NCBI GenBank assembly: GCA_045106895.1
Contig: JBGCFM010000039.1
Location: 32,001 to 96,000 of the forward strand
DNA: 64,000 nucleotides
Direction of reading: 5' to 3'
Origin: Polyangiales bacterium
Lineage (GTDB): Bacteria > Myxococcota_A > Polyangia > Polyangiales > Houyiibacteriaceae
Shown: positions 9,770 to 21,923 of the stretch, in pieces
Layout of the letters: every line of letters begins with the position of its first letter
How positions within the stretch are numbered: the stretch's first letter is position 1
Made by a program: the position numbers and the translations under genes
The notes under the pieces: model-generated
What the model was told of the DNA's origin: nothing
The model's database searches: none
Seen by the model: the letters and a program-made list of their open reading frames with translations, nothing else

Positions 9770-11485
9770 ATGGACGAGCGGGCCACACTCGAAGACAACC
9801 TCCACAAGCTTGAACTTCTCTACGAAGTGGGCATCGCCCTCTCCGCCGAGCACGACACCGACAGGCTGATGGAACGCATCCTGATGGAGGCGAAGAAGCT
9901 ATGCCGCGCGGATGGGGGAACCTTGTACATGCGTACCGAAGACGACCACCTTCGCTTCGCCATCGTTCGCAATGACTCGCTTGGCATCGCGCTTGGCGGC
10001 ACGACGGGCAGCAAAGTACCCTTCGCACCCATCGAGCTCCACGACGACGAGACGCAGCGCCCCAACCACAACAACGTGGCGACCTACGCAGCGCTCATCA
10101 AGAAGTCCGTCAACATCCCGGATGCGTATGACACGACGACCTTTGACTTCAGTGGCACCAAGGCCTTCGACGACGCGAACGGCTACCGCTCGACTTCTTT
10201 CCTGACCATTCCCCTCGTCAACCACAAGCGACGGGTCATCGCGGTGCTTCAGCTGATCAACGCCCAAGACGAAGATGGAAAGACCATCGCGTTTAGTCGC
10301 AGCCGCCAGCGAATCGTCGAAGCGCTAGCCTCGCAGGCAGCGGTGGCCCTTGAGAACCAGCAGCTCATCGACGGGCAACGAAAGCTCCTGGAGTCGTTCA
10401 TTCAGATGATCGCCGCCGCCATCGACAGCAAGTCACCCTACACGGGTGCGCACTGTGAGCGAGTGCCGATTCTAACGCTCATGCTCGCCCAAGCTGCGTG
10501 CGAGCAAGGCGAGGGTCCCTTCGGCTCGTTCAATCTCAGCGAAGACGAGTGGTATGAACTCAAGATCGCGGCGTGGCTCCATGACTGCGGCAAGGTGACG
10601 ACGCCGGTCCACATCATGGACAAAGGCACCAAGCTCGAGACCATCAACGACCGCATCGAAACGGTGGCGGCGCGATTCGAAGTGCTCAAGCGCGACGCCA
10701 AGATCGTCATGCTTGAGGCAAAGCTCAGCGGTGAAAACGCGGAGGACGCCGAAGCGCAGTATGCCGAGACCGTTGCGCGTCTCAGCGAGGAGCTCGGGTT
10801 CCTGCGAGAGGCGAACGTCGGCGCCGAGTTTCTCGCGGACAAGTCTGCCGGCGAGATTCGCGAGATCGGCAAGCGCCTCTTCATCCAGGAGGGCCTTGAG
10901 CGCGCACTCCTCAGTGAAGACGAAGTGGACAACCTTTGTATCTCCCGTGGAACGCTCACGGACGACGAGCGACTCATCATCAACGGGCACATGGTGCAAA
11001 CGGTTCAGATGCTCGAGTCGTTGCCCTTTCCGGCAAACCTACGGAACGTGCCCGAGTATGCCGGCGGCCACCACGAACGCTTCGATGGCAAGGGCTACCC
11101 GCGTGGCCTCTATGCCGGCGATATGTCGATCCCCGCGCGCATCATGGCCATCGCCGACGTCTTCGAGGCGCTCACGGCCCAAGACCGTCCTTATAAGAAG
11201 GGGAAGACCCTCTCCGAGTCGATGCGCATCATGGGTTTCATGAAGCGTGACAACCACCTGGACCCGGAGCTCCTCGACCTATTCGTGACGAGCGGGGTGT
11301 ACAAGGAGTATGGCCGGCGGTACCTGCCGCCTTCGCTCATCGACGAGGTCGACGAAGAAGCGATTCTCGCCATCGAGCCGAAGGCCTTCGAGCTGCCCCC
11401 CGAAGAGCAACGCGAAGAGCGACGTTCTGGCTTCCTCCCACGATACCGTCGGCTTCGTGGAAGCGTGATGGGGGAGATCGAGTAG
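9770..11485 (+). CDS. GAF + HD-GYP cyclic dinucleotide phosphodiesterase
   Basis: GAF domain (ADGGTLY..VNIPDAY..FD..NGYRSTSFLTIPL..VLQLIN); YTGAHCERV, WLHDCGK, HHERFDGKGYP, IADVFEALT.DRPYK. ATG at 9770. Confidence 0.92.
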   Translation: MDERATLEDNLHKLELLYEVGIALSAEHDTDRLMERILMEAKKLCRADGGTLYMRTEDDHLRFAIVRNDSLGIALGGTTGSKVPFAPIELHDDETQRPNHNNVATYAALIKKSVNIPDAYDTTTFDFSGTKAFDDANGYRSTSFLTIPLVNHKRRVIAVLQLINAQDEDGKTIAFSRSRQRIVEALASQAAVALENQQLIDGQRKLLESFIQMIAAAIDSKSPYTGAHCERVPILTLMLAQAACEQGEGPFGSFNLSEDEWYELKIAAWLHDCGKVTTPVHIMDKGTKLETINDRIETVAARFEVLKRDAKIVMLEAKLSGENAEDAEAQYAETVARLSEELGFLREANVGAEFLADKSAGEIREIGKRLFIQEGLERALLSEDEVDNLCISRGTLTDDERLIINGHMVQTVQMLESLPFPANLRNVPEYAGGHHERFDGKGYPRGLYAGDMSIPARIMAIADVFEALTAQDRPYKKGKTLSESMRIMGFMKRDNHLDPELLDLFVTSGVYKEYGRRYLPPSLIDEVDEEAILAIEPKAFELPPEEQREERRSGFLPRYRRLRGSVMGEIE

Positions 11486-12712
11486 ATGACTCGAACTCCG
11501 TACGTCGCACTCTTTGGTTTGACGCTCTCCCTGCTCTTCACCTCGTGCGCGGAGGAGGACGAGTGCAGGTTCAACTCTCAGTGCGGAACGGGCATGTTCT
11601 GCAGCCGCGGCGAGTGTCTACAGAACTGCATCTTGGACACGGACTGCGGCCCCGGCCAGACATGCAACACCGTCGGTCAATGCGTTGCTCCTGACGGTGG
11701 CGCGGACGCCGCAGCGGACGTACCCACGTCAGTCGACGCCGGTGGACGAGATGGGGCCGCGCCGGACGCATCGGAGCGTGACGTTCCTGTGACTCCCGAC
11801 GTCGATGCAGGTCAAGACAGCGGCCCAGGCCTAGACGGCGGGCCGCTGGGCGGACGCCTCGACTCGTGCATGAGCGGCGACGAGTGCGCCTCGACGCGCT
11901 GCGACGATTCACGCTGCACCGAAATCTGCACCAGCAACAGCGAGTGCGCTCACGACGAGCTATGCGCCGGCGGCGTCTGTCGGCGCGACGACACCGGTGA
12001 GATGTGCTCTGTGGCCACGGCGACGACGTGTGTCCTGGGACTCTGCCTCGGTGATATGAGCTCCGGCGAGTGCACGCGCCCGTGCGACAACGCCGGCGAC
12101 TGTCCATCCGGGTTCGCGTGCAGCGAAATTAGCGGCCAGCAGGTGTGTATGCTCATCGAAACGCCCTGCACGGGTGGCGGTACCGAGTGCAGGTCGGGCC
12201 TTTGCCTCAGCGCCCAGGGTTGCACCGCCACGTGCCGAACGGCGGCAGACTGTCCGCTTCGAGCCACGGCCCTCGGCGTGACTGCCTATACGTGCGAGAT
12301 CATTGCCGGCTCCGCGACACCGGTATGTGTTCCGCCCGCAGACATATTGGGGTCTGCGCCCATCGGAAGCACGTGTCCGTCGAGCGGCACCAACGATTGC
12401 CGGTCAGGACTTTGCAACCCAGGAGCGCCGGGGGGCCCAATGTGTACACAAAGCTGCACGCCGGACGGCGGCTGCCCTCCTGGCTTCGGCTGCAAACCCG
12501 AAGAGGTCGACGCCGGCGTCTTCGAAGCGCTCTGCGCGCGGGCTGGTAGCGGCGCGGTCGGGGCAAGCTGCACCCAGAGCACGGACTGCGAGAGCGCGAT
12601 CTGTGATGCCGGTGGGTACTGCTCGCGCCTGTGCAACGACTCCCTGTGCCCGACGGGTTTTCGCTGCGAGACGCTGCCGAGTTCGTCGCTTCGAACCTGC
12701 GTACGTGAGTGA
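11486..12712 (+). CDS. cysteine-rich repeat lipoprotein
   Basis: Lipobox LFTSC; many C-x4-C-x-SG-x-C and CTxxC..DCPxGFxC repeats; DAG-rich linker. Confidence 0.85.
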   Translation: MTRTPYVALFGLTLSLLFTSCAEEDECRFNSQCGTGMFCSRGECLQNCILDTDCGPGQTCNTVGQCVAPDGGADAAADVPTSVDAGGRDGAAPDASERDVPVTPDVDAGQDSGPGLDGGPLGGRLDSCMSGDECASTRCDDSRCTEICTSNSECAHDELCAGGVCRRDDTGEMCSVATATTCVLGLCLGDMSSGECTRPCDNAGDCPSGFACSEISGQQVCMLIETPCTGGGTECRSGLCLSAQGCTATCRTAADCPLRATALGVTAYTCEIIAGSATPVCVPPADILGSAPIGSTCPSSGTNDCRSGLCNPGAPGGPMCTQSCTPDGGCPPGFGCKPEEVDAGVFEALCARAGSGAVGASCTQSTDCESAICDAGGYCSRLCNDSLCPTGFRCETLPSSSLRTCVRE

Positions 12713-12731
12713 GAGAGGGAGGGAGACTCGC

Positions 12732-13777
12732 TCACGCGAGCCAGTCGAGGACGACCTTGCCAGACTGACCGGAGCGCATCACATCGAAGCCCTCCTGAAA
12801 GCTCTCCGCCGGATACTCGTGGGTGAGCAGAGGCGAGATATCGAGCCCTGACTGCAACATCGAAACCATCTTGTACCAAGTCTCGAACATCTCCCGGCCG
12901 TAGATGCCCTTGAGAACAAGGCCCTTAAAGATGACGTGGTTCCAGTCGATGGTGACATCGCCGGGCGGAATCCCGAGGAGCGCGACGCGGCCCCCGTGGT
13001 TCATGACATCGAGCATGCCAGAGAAGGCGCTGCCGTTCCCGCTCATCTCAAGCCCCACATCGTAGCCTTCGGTCATCCCGAGGGCCTCCATCGCTTCACG
13101 GGGTGATTCGTTGCGAACATCCACGGTCCGGCTCGCGCCCATCTTTGCGGCGAGCTCCAAGCGATAAGGGTTTACGTCCGTGACGACGACGTGCCGCGCC
13201 CCGACGTGACGACAGATCGCCGCCGCCATAATACCGATGGGACCCGCGCCGGTGATGAGAACATCTTCGCCGACGAGGTCGAAGGAGAGCGCCGTGTGCG
13301 CCGCGTTGCCAAGGGGGTCGAGGTAGGCGGCGATCTTGTCCGGCACGTTCGCCGGCAACTTGAAAGCGTTCACCGCCGGCAAGGAGAGGTAGTCCGCGAA
13401 GGCACCGTTCCGGTTTACGCCCACGCCGACGGTATTTCGACAGAGGTGCCGCTTTCCTGCGCGGCAGTTGCGGCAGTGACCGCAGGTGATGTGGCCTTCG
13501 CCGCTGACACGGTCGCCGACTTCGAATCCAAGCACGTGCGAACCGATGGCGACGACGACCCCGCTAAACTCATGTCCCACGGTCATCGGGACGGGGATGG
13601 TGTTCTGCGCCCACTCATCCCAGTTGTAGATGTGGATGTCCGTGCCGCAGATCGCCGTCTTGGCGATTCGAATCAGCAGGTCGTTGGGCCCGATCTCCGG
13701 GACCGGGACCTCCTGCATCCACAGGCCCTCTTTCGCCTCCTGCTTCACGAGGGCGCGCATGGTCTGAGGGAATTCGC

Positions 13778-13781
<4 letters not shown>
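12732..13781 (-). CDS. tdh: L-threonine 3-dehydrogenase
   Basis: [57 protein letters not shown] overlap with kbl. Confidence 0.97.
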
Positions 13782-14968
<1,187 letters not shown>

Positions 14969-15078
14969 GGCCGCGATGGTAGTGCCGCTGAGCGCCATGC
15001 AAAGCGGAAATCGACCTTCTCTGTCATCACACCTCTATCCGCGCCCCTAGCGAAGCGTCTTCGTTTTCGGGCAAACGT

Positions 15079-16854
15079 TCAGAAGTCGGCAACCTGCACG
15101 GGACGCGGCGCTTCCTCGGTGGTGCCATCACCAAGCTCCCCCTCGTTGTTTCGCCCCCAACAGAAGAGCGCACCATCACTTCGCAGCGCACAAGCATGAG
15201 CCTCTCCCGCCGCGATGGCGACGACATCGCCAATCACAGGGAGGCTCGGCGGCGCCGAGAGGTTTGCGTCAAACCCTGTGCCCAGCTGGCCGTGCGTTTG
15301 TCTTCCCCAGCAGTGAACATCACCAGAAGGAAGCAGATAGCAGGCAAAGTCGAGACCCAAGCTGACCTCCGCGGCGCCTGAGACGGAAGCGACGCTGACG
15401 GGACTTGGGCTGTCCAAGACAAGCCCGTTGCCAAGCTGCCCTTGAGAGCCCTCGCCCCAGCACACCGTACTCGTCGCGCCTACCCGCGTGGCACAGGAGA
15501 AGCGGCGGCCGGCGGACACGGTGCTCACATCCGTCAGTCGAAGGACTCGAACGGGCTCGTCGGAGTCGTCCCCCTCGCCGTTTCCCAGCCCCCCCGACGC
15601 TCCTCCTCCCCAGCACATCACCTCGCCGCTCGCGAGAACGGCGCAGGCGTGCGCATCCCCGCAACCAATGTCGACGGCCGTCGCGATGTCCGTCACGGAG
15701 AGAGGCGTAGCGCTCTCGCCATCGCCATCCACGCCGAGTTGTCCCCTGTCGTTGTTTCCCCAGCAACGAACGCCTCCATCTCGAATCTGGGCACAGACAA
15801 AGTCCGAGCCAGCGGAGATGCCTCGCGCGTCTGCGACGCCTGACACGAGCCGTGGCTCGGAACGGTCAGCGCCATTGTCCCCCAGCGCACTCTTCGCGTT
15901 GGATCCCCAGCAGCTGACGCCACCCGTCGCGTGAAGTGCGCACGTAAACTCGTCTCCGGCGGTGACCGCCACAGCATCTGTCAGACCGGGAACGAGGATT
16001 GGCTCAAGGGAGACTGCTGGCAACGCGCTGCCCAGCTCGCCTTTGGAGTTACGCCCCCAGCAGTAGACTTCACCGGCACGAACGGCGCAGGAGTGCCGCC
16101 TTCCCGCGGCGATTTGCCCCGACATCGAAGCGCAGGTGCCCTCGACGCAGGCTTCGCCCACGCCGCAGACTAGTCCGCACGCTCCGCAATGGTTCGGGGC
16201 TGTCAGGGTGTTGATCTCGCAGCCGTTTGTGGGCTGGGAATCGCAGTCTTCAAACCCCGAGTCGCAGTCTTCAATCTCGCACATGCCGGCGCGACAGCGA
16301 GCGTTCGCGTTCGCCAGGTCACACGCCGAAGCGCAGAGCGAGGGGCCGTCATCGCGGGGAGCATCGTCGAGCGCTGCATCACTTGGAGCGGCGTCACTTG
16401 CGGCTGCATCAAACGAGGAGCCGTCAGCCGCGCCGTCAAAAGACGCAACATCGCGGGACACCGACGCGTCGCGTGCGAGCGCCGAGGTGTCGAGTCCTGC
16501 ATCTTCGGCGCGGACTGGAACAACTTGAAGAGCGGCAGACGCGAAATGCTCCGCCGCAGCGCTCACGCGAAGATCGTAAGCGCCCACGGGCAGTGCCGAC
16601 GATAGTCGAACAAGCATCCCCTCGTGACCCACGTCGACAACGTCGGCGCGCTCGGCGCCGATCCAAACCTCAACTCCCGCGCGAAGCCTCAACTCTGAAC
16701 CCGTCGCCTCCAAGTAGTCGGCGTAAGGAACGCCCCGCACAACGAAGTTCGTGCCCTCTGCCTCGGACACAGGAACCTGACTAGGCTCGAGCCTCGGGGC
16801 TGTCTGAGCACAACCCGCGAGCACCAAAGCTCCGACGACAAAGACCCGCATCAT
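15079..16854 (-). CDS. lipoprotein with Ig-like region, Cys-rich module and RCC1-like beta-propeller
   Basis: Lipobox VLAGC; NGCE..HCGACG module; seven AG..H/F.CA...G.V.CWG.N..G.LG repeats. Confidence 0.88.
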   Translation of the reverse strand: MMRVFVVGALVLAGCAQTAPRLEPSQVPVSEAEGTNFVVRGVPYADYLEATGSELRLRAGVEVWIGAERADVVDVGHEGMLVRLSSALPVGAYDLRVSAAAEHFASAALQVVPVRAEDAGLDTSALARDASVSRDVASFDGAADGSSFDAAASDAAPSDAALDDAPRDDGPSLCASACDLANANARCRAGMCEIEDCDSGFEDCDSQPTNGCEINTLTAPNHCGACGLVCGVGEACVEGTCASMSGQIAAGRRHSCAVRAGEVYCWGRNSKGELGSALPAVSLEPILVPGLTDAVAVTAGDEFTCALHATGGVSCWGSNAKSALGDNGADRSEPRLVSGVADARGISAGSDFVCAQIRDGGVRCWGNNDRGQLGVDGDGESATPLSVTDIATAVDIGCGDAHACAVLASGEVMCWGGGASGGLGNGEGDDSDEPVRVLRLTDVSTVSAGRRFSCATRVGATSTVCWGEGSQGQLGNGLVLDSPSPVSVASVSGAAEVSLGLDFACYLLPSGDVHCWGRQTHGQLGTGFDANLSAPPSLPVIGDVVAIAAGEAHACALRSDGALFCWGRNNEGELGDGTTEEAPRPVQVADF

Positions 16855-19124
16855 CACGCCGCTCCCCTCGACTCGGGGATCTCCAGCAGCGAGTCGAGAA
16901 TCTTTGGGTCCAGAGGCTTTCCGACCACACGAACGCCCTGCGGCACGTTCTGCGCCGACCCGGTTACGATAACAAGCTTGCGCAAGAGCTCGGGCTGCTT
17001 TTCCCGGAGCGCCTCGACGAAACCCTGGCCGTTGAGATGCGGCATGCTCATGTCGCAGAGCACGAGGTCGAACTCGCGATGCGTCATCCACTCGAAGCCT
17101 TCCTTGGGGTCCGTCGTGCCTTCGACGTCAGCGCGCTTTCGCAACCACCGCTTCATCGATCGGACAACGGCGGCATCGTCATCGATGACCAGCAGACGTG
17201 GGCGGGGCGAATCGATCGGCGTCGCCCGCGCCGCGGGAATTGAGTCTGGAGTGGCGGCTGGAAGAGAGAGCCGAAACGTACTGCCGTCGGAAGAGCTGGC
17301 GACGAGTTCGAGAGTCCCGCCGTGAGCTTCGACAAGGGACCGAGAAATGTAGAGGCCGAGGCCGGTGCCTTGCTCGCCCTTCGACGTGTAGAACGCCTCG
17401 AAAAGCCTGTCTTTTGCTCCGAGGGGGATTCCGGGACCGTCGTCGATGACGTCGATGATCACCTCGCGCCCTTGCCGACGAGCGTGGACCTGGACATTTC
17501 CCCCGGGACCCGCGGCGTCGAGTGCGTTGTTCATCAGGTTGAGCACGACCTGCTCGAAGCGGCCTCGATCGACGCCGACTTGGAGACGCTCGTCGCCCAC
17601 GACTTCCACGGTCCCGGCAGGTCGCCGCGCATGAGCCATACGTGCCATGTCCTGAAGAAGACCGTTGACCTCCACACTCTCTTGGCTCGTGCTGCGGCCC
17701 CCGCTCGAGACCGCCGAAAGGTCACGTACAATGTGGATGAGGCGCTGCACACCCTGATGCGCGTCGCCAACCATTTCGCGCACGTCCTCGCTGAGCTCTT
17801 CCTCCAGCACGGCGAGCATATTTGCGTTCACGAACGCGAGGGGCGTGTTCATTTCGTGGGCGACGGACGCCGACAAGCGACTGAGCATGGCCAGCTTTTC
17901 GCCCACTCTGGCTTGCCGCTCCAGGTTCGCCGCGCGCAAGTTGCTCAGCGCGGTGCGCGTCAGAAGCTCCGCCACACGCACATCGGCTTCTGACACTTCC
18001 CCGGACGCGACGGCGAAGCCAAAGTCTCGCGCGCCATCGTGCAGAGCGATCACATGGTCTCGTGTGACGCGAACGACTCCGGAGTCATCCGCGTCGTATT
18101 CGGGCTCATCGGAAGGGGCAGACGGTCCGCCCTCGGCAGGACAAAACTCGGATCTCGGCGCTTCGATTCGCCACGGCACTTCAAGCGCGCCAAGCTCCGT
18201 CGCGAGTTCTGCGAGGTAGAGGTCGGGGTCCTCGGCGGAAGCACGACTGAGTTCGAGGGAGCGTGTGAGCGCCCTGGCATCTCGATGTAGTCGGGCGCTC
18301 AGCCCTTCGATGGCCGCCCCTAGATCCCCCACCTCGTCGTTCGGCAGCTTTGGAAAGGTGATCGGCAACGTTGTGCTCTGGCTCACCACCCGAACGAGCG
18401 CTCGAATGGGCGAGGTCACTCCTCGCGAGAACAGCCACGCCATGAGAAAGAGCGGTACAATGACAAGAGCAGACGCCGCCATAACCCGCTGAGATGTCAC
18501 GAACGCCGCGGCGCGCGCAGGCCCGAGAGGAACGTCCATCTCCAGCCGAAGTCCAGCCTCGATGGGCGCGACGTAGCGAATGGAGCGGTCGCTGCGACGC
18601 GCCTGAATCAAGTCCGTTCCGCCACCTTCGGTCACCAGCGCCGCCGTCCATCCGGAGGCGAAGGCGACGAGGTCCTCGAGCGGTACAAGCCCCACCACAC
18701 GCACGCCGCCAGCGCGTACGCGAAGAATGGCCTGGGTCCCGGCTATCACGAGGGCTCCGTCCGCGGCGCTTCCAGCGCCGCGAAGAACCTCCATGGCTTC
18801 GTGGGTACTGGAGGCTTCGAACACCTCCTCGCCTCCGCGGGAGGCGAGCACCGCGAGGACCGTTCCCTCGACGGCCCTTGGTACCTCAAGCAGGCGCCCG
18901 CCGTCGATGGCGAAGGCGGACGCGCGGAGCTGAGCGCGGGCCAACATGAGTCGCTGACGAATGGCGTCACGTCGTTGCTCCGTCGCGATCATGGCATGAT
19001 CGACGAGACCAGCCTCCCTGTCGTCCTGCACGACAGCCAGCACGGCCAAGGTGCTCACAGAAAGCGTCACGATGCCGGCGAGTAGAACGACGGCGAAGAC
19101 GCGGGCGAAAAGGTTTACTCTCAC
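16854..19124 (-). CDS. membrane hybrid histidine kinase (TM-HAMP-HisKA-HATPase-REC)
   Basis: Two TMs; HAMP (PIRAL..NDEVGDL); H-box VAHEMNTPL; NALDA, DDGPGI, GTGLGL; REC LLVIDDD..LCDMSMP..KP. Confidence 0.92.
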   Translation of the reverse strand: MRVNLFARVFAVVLLAGIVTLSVSTLAVLAVVQDDREAGLVDHAMIATEQRRDAIRQRLMLARAQLRASAFAIDGGRLLEVPRAVEGTVLAVLASRGGEEVFEASSTHEAMEVLRGAGSAADGALVIAGTQAILRVRAGGVRVVGLVPLEDLVAFASGWTAALVTEGGGTDLIQARRSDRSIRYVAPIEAGLRLEMDVPLGPARAAAFVTSQRVMAASALVIVPLFLMAWLFSRGVTSPIRALVRVVSQSTTLPITFPKLPNDEVGDLGAAIEGLSARLHRDARALTRSLELSRASAEDPDLYLAELATELGALEVPWRIEAPRSEFCPAEGGPSAPSDEPEYDADDSGVVRVTRDHVIALHDGARDFGFAVASGEVSEADVRVAELLTRTALSNLRAANLERQARVGEKLAMLSRLSASVAHEMNTPLAFVNANMLAVLEEELSEDVREMVGDAHQGVQRLIHIVRDLSAVSSGGRSTSQESVEVNGLLQDMARMAHARRPAGTVEVVGDERLQVGVDRGRFEQVVLNLMNNALDAAGPGGNVQVHARRQGREVIIDVIDDGPGIPLGAKDRLFEAFYTSKGEQGTGLGLYISRSLVEAHGGTLELVASSSDGSTFRLSLPAATPDSIPAARATPIDSPRPRLLVIDDDAAVVRSMKRWLRKRADVEGTTDPKEGFEWMTHREFDLVLCDMSMPHLNGQGFVEALREKQPELLRKLVIVTGSAQNVPQGVRVVGKPLDPKILDSLLEIPESRGAA

Positions 19125-20290
19125 CTCTGCCTCAAGACGCTACGTGTAGTGGTCCTCGAGTTTCCAACGGCGTCGCGAACGACAACGACGATATTCGTCA
19201 ATCCGGGGCGAACCTGCGTCGTCGAACGAAACGAACCGTCCGCATTCACTTGGGCTCTCGCACCATTGATGGTGAGCACAGCGCCAGGCTCCGTTCGTCC
19301 CGCCACGATGGCGCCCTCCTGAACGATCTGGCCGGGCGTCGGCGAACGAAGCGTGACCGTCGGCGGCGTTCGGTCGAGGACTACGTGGAAGTGGCCGTGG
19401 GCGCTTTCGTGGCCGTGGCCCAGCGGCGTGAGAGCGCGTACGGACCATTCGTAGTCGCCGCTAGAGAGCGTAAAGCGCGCGTGCGTCGCCGACACCTGGC
19501 GTTCAATGGGCTCGCTCGGCCCCCGTACCATGACCTCGTACTGGTCGACGGAAGCAACCGGCGACCATCGCAGCTGAACGCTCCCACGGGTGAGTATCTC
19601 CGCATCCGCGTCTGGCTGAAGGAGCTCGGCGGGCGCCGGCAAGTCCGCTCCTTCATCAACGATGACGCCATCCATACTGAGCTGAACGAAGCGTGATTCG
19701 TCGATGGCGCGCTCGGGGCCCCCGCCGACGGCGAGTCGCCCTCGCCCACTGAGCATCGCGATCTCGGCGATCTCCTCCCCAATCTCGATCCGCGCCTCAA
19801 CGTACCCGGCATCGCCCATCTCCGAACGGTTGAGTACGAGTTCGCCTGGAGGAAGTGCGACCTCCAGGCGTTCCACCCCGGCGTCTGCGTCGACACGCGC
19901 TCTCAAGCGCCCGGAGAGGTGCCGAAGGCGCCCCACGTTCGGCACCTGCGCTGGAATCCGCAACGTGGTGCGCGGTTCCATCACCGTGGAGACCCGCGCG
20001 GACTCAAAACTGATCGTCGCCCCGGCGAGGGCCATCGTTTGAACCGACTCGCCGGCGAAAAGAGCCTGACCAAGCGCCCCCTGGCTCCAGTTCGCCGTGG
20101 AGGCGAGCTGAACGCGCACATCGCCGACGAGCTCTGCGATGGACGCCGACGGGGGAAGCAGAGGTGTCGTGGCTTCGTCGGCGCCGGTTTCCGGCGACAG
20201 AACAACGCTGGAGTCGTCGCCACGCTCGCACGAAGAGAGGAACGCCACGAACGCGCCAAGGCACATCGCTCGCCTAAAACCGAAACGCAC
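19121..20290 (-). CDS. lipoprotein with FecR-like domain and C-terminal FN3/Ig-like domains
   Basis: Lipobox FLSSC; GDVRV..W....G..L..GESVQT...A.I.F (FecR-like); DRTPP..GRTEPGA.LTING..DGSF..G.TNI....D..GN (Ig-like). Confidence 0.75.
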   Translation of the reverse strand: MRFGFRRAMCLGAFVAFLSSCERGDDSSVVLSPETGADEATTPLLPPSASIAELVGDVRVQLASTANWSQGALGQALFAGESVQTMALAGATISFESARVSTVMEPRTTLRIPAQVPNVGRLRHLSGRLRARVDADAGVERLEVALPPGELVLNRSEMGDAGYVEARIEIGEEIAEIAMLSGRGRLAVGGGPERAIDESRFVQLSMDGVIVDEGADLPAPAELLQPDADAEILTRGSVQLRWSPVASVDQYEVMVRGPSEPIERQVSATHARFTLSSGDYEWSVRALTPLGHGHESAHGHFHVVLDRTPPTVTLRSPTPGQIVQEGAIVAGRTEPGAVLTINGARAQVNADGSFRSTTQVRPGLTNIVVVVRDAVGNSRTTTRSVLRQR

Positions 20291-21923
20291 CGTTCACCTC
20301 CGCAAACCCTGAGAGCCACGGCTGTCCCCAGGCCCGGGTGCCCAAGTCGACTCCAAAGACACCGCCGATATCCACGCCGAACTCCACGGCCTCAAGTCGA
20401 AGCCGGGGCCCTGCCGAAACTCGACCCTGAAGGAACGCAGTATGACCGGAAGCGTCTCCCTCCCCGACGTGTGCACGGGCACGCCCATACCCACCGCCGA
20501 GAGCCACGCGAAGAGCCCCGCCGGCCCGTTCGCCAAACGCGGCCTCCGCCAGCGCAAAGACGCCCACTTCATGACGAGTCCCCGTCAGCGCGCCGATGGA
20601 AGAGTTCTGAGCGGTGGCGTGAAGCCTCACCCTTGTATATTCGGCGCCCACGCCCACGCGCAGCCAGGGCGCGCTCTGGTGCCAGAGCCGCGCAGCCGCC
20701 CCAAAGCCGGCGCGGCTCCACACGTCAAAGCTCCCCCGGAGCGCGAGCTCCAGGGCAAAACGAGGCTCTGGGCTCGGTGGAATGGCGACGGGCTGAGGAG
20801 CACGAATCCGGACGCGTCGAGCCGCAAGGGGAACCACTCTCCCATCGACGAGAGCGCCCACAACGATCGTCTGCGCGACCGGACCTGCCAGGGCGGGGCA
20901 CGAGAATGGCGCCGCCGCGTAGGGACCAGCTCCGCATCGAAGTCGGATTCGCTCCACGTCGACGGACGAGCCGTCCGCGCCATGGGCGCTTACATCCACC
21001 ACGAATGGCTCTCCATCCGCCACGGACTCAGGCGCTTCGACCTCAACCTCAACAGGCCAGTGCGCCGTGACTTCCAGTTCGACGGCGCGAAGAGGCTGAG
21101 CATCGATGCCAACGGACAAGTCCACGGATTCAGCCGACACGGGCGCGGAGAGCGCGACGGCGGCCGTTCCGTCGTCAAGCCAGCGAAGGCTCGTGAGGAC
21201 CCCGCGAGCGGATTCGATGTGGAGTGGGAGCGTGCTGCTCAGTCTCCCGCGGGCGTCCGCGGCGACGACAAAGGCAGCCTCCCTCGGCGGACCTCCAGCC
21301 TCGATGGCCATGTCTGCAGCGAGGACGAGCACCTGTGGCTCGCCGGAAGGGGAGCGCGGGGCGACTCCGGCGACTCCGACCATGGCGCCGCTGCGAACCA
21401 CCACACCGAGTACGCCACCCGGCACGTTCGCTGCCATGCGACCGTCGCCTACACTCTCGAGGACGATCTCACCTTCCATGGTTTGGACGACGCCGGAGAC
21501 ATCCTCGCGCAGGTCGGAACCAAGGACGACGACCTCCAGCCGGGAGCCGCGCCGTCGGGCGCGAATGGCGAGCTGGCCGCGATCGTCGAGTGGCACCGTC
21601 ACCGCGGATTGCGCGCCTTCGTACGTGGCCTGGAGAACGATGCGGTCGTGAGTCCCCCTGGGCCGCAAAAGCAACCACCGAACGCATGGTCCGGCTTGTT
21701 CCTCGACGATGACGTCCGCGGTGTCCGAACTCCACGCGATGGCTCGCTCCGCAGGCACGCACTCCCCGGTGTCGTCCTCCAAAACGGCCATCACACGTCG
21801 GCCATGCTCTGTTCCGGCTGGGCCAAAAGCATAAAGATGTTGGGCAGCGGCCTCGTGCGGCCAAAGCAGAAGCAGAACGCTCACAAAGCAGCACGCCAGC
21901 GTTGGGAAGCGTTGGCGGGACAA
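20274..21923 (-). CDS. secreted protein with probable C-terminal outer-membrane beta-barrel
   Basis: Signal peptide (AAA/Q). The C-terminal ~150 aa alternate like amphipathic strands and end in ..GAFRF. Sits between translationally coupled neighbours. Confidence 0.65.
   Translation of the reverse strand: MSRQRFPTLACCFVSVLLLLWPHEAAAQHLYAFGPAGTEHGRRVMAVLEDDTGECVPAERAIAWSSDTADVIVEEQAGPCVRWLLLRPRGTHDRIVLQATYEGAQSAVTVPLDDRGQLAIRARRRGSRLEVVVLGSDLREDVSGVVQTMEGEIVLESVGDGRMAANVPGGVLGVVVRSGAMVGVAGVAPRSPSGEPQVLVLAADMAIEAGGPPREAAFVVAADARGRLSSTLPLHIESARGVLTSLRWLDDGTAAVALSAPVSAESVDLSVGIDAQPLRAVELEVTAHWPVEVEVEAPESVADGEPFVVDVSAHGADGSSVDVERIRLRCGAGPYAAAPFSCPALAGPVAQTIVVGALVDGRVVPLAARRVRIRAPQPVAIPPSPEPRFALELALRGSFDVWSRAGFGAAARLWHQSAPWLRVGVGAEYTRVRLHATAQNSSIGALTGTRHEVGVFALAEAAFGERAGGALRVALGGGYGRARAHVGEGDASGHTAFLQGRVSAGPRLRLEAVEFGVDIGGVFGVDLGTRAWGQPWLSGFAEVNGAFRF

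Noticed and set aside
11486..12712. Cys-rich lipoprotein as a possible TraA partner for the TraB-like gene
   Set aside because: No MYXO-CTERM or variable PA14-like domain, wrong gene order, and separated by a terminator and another gene.
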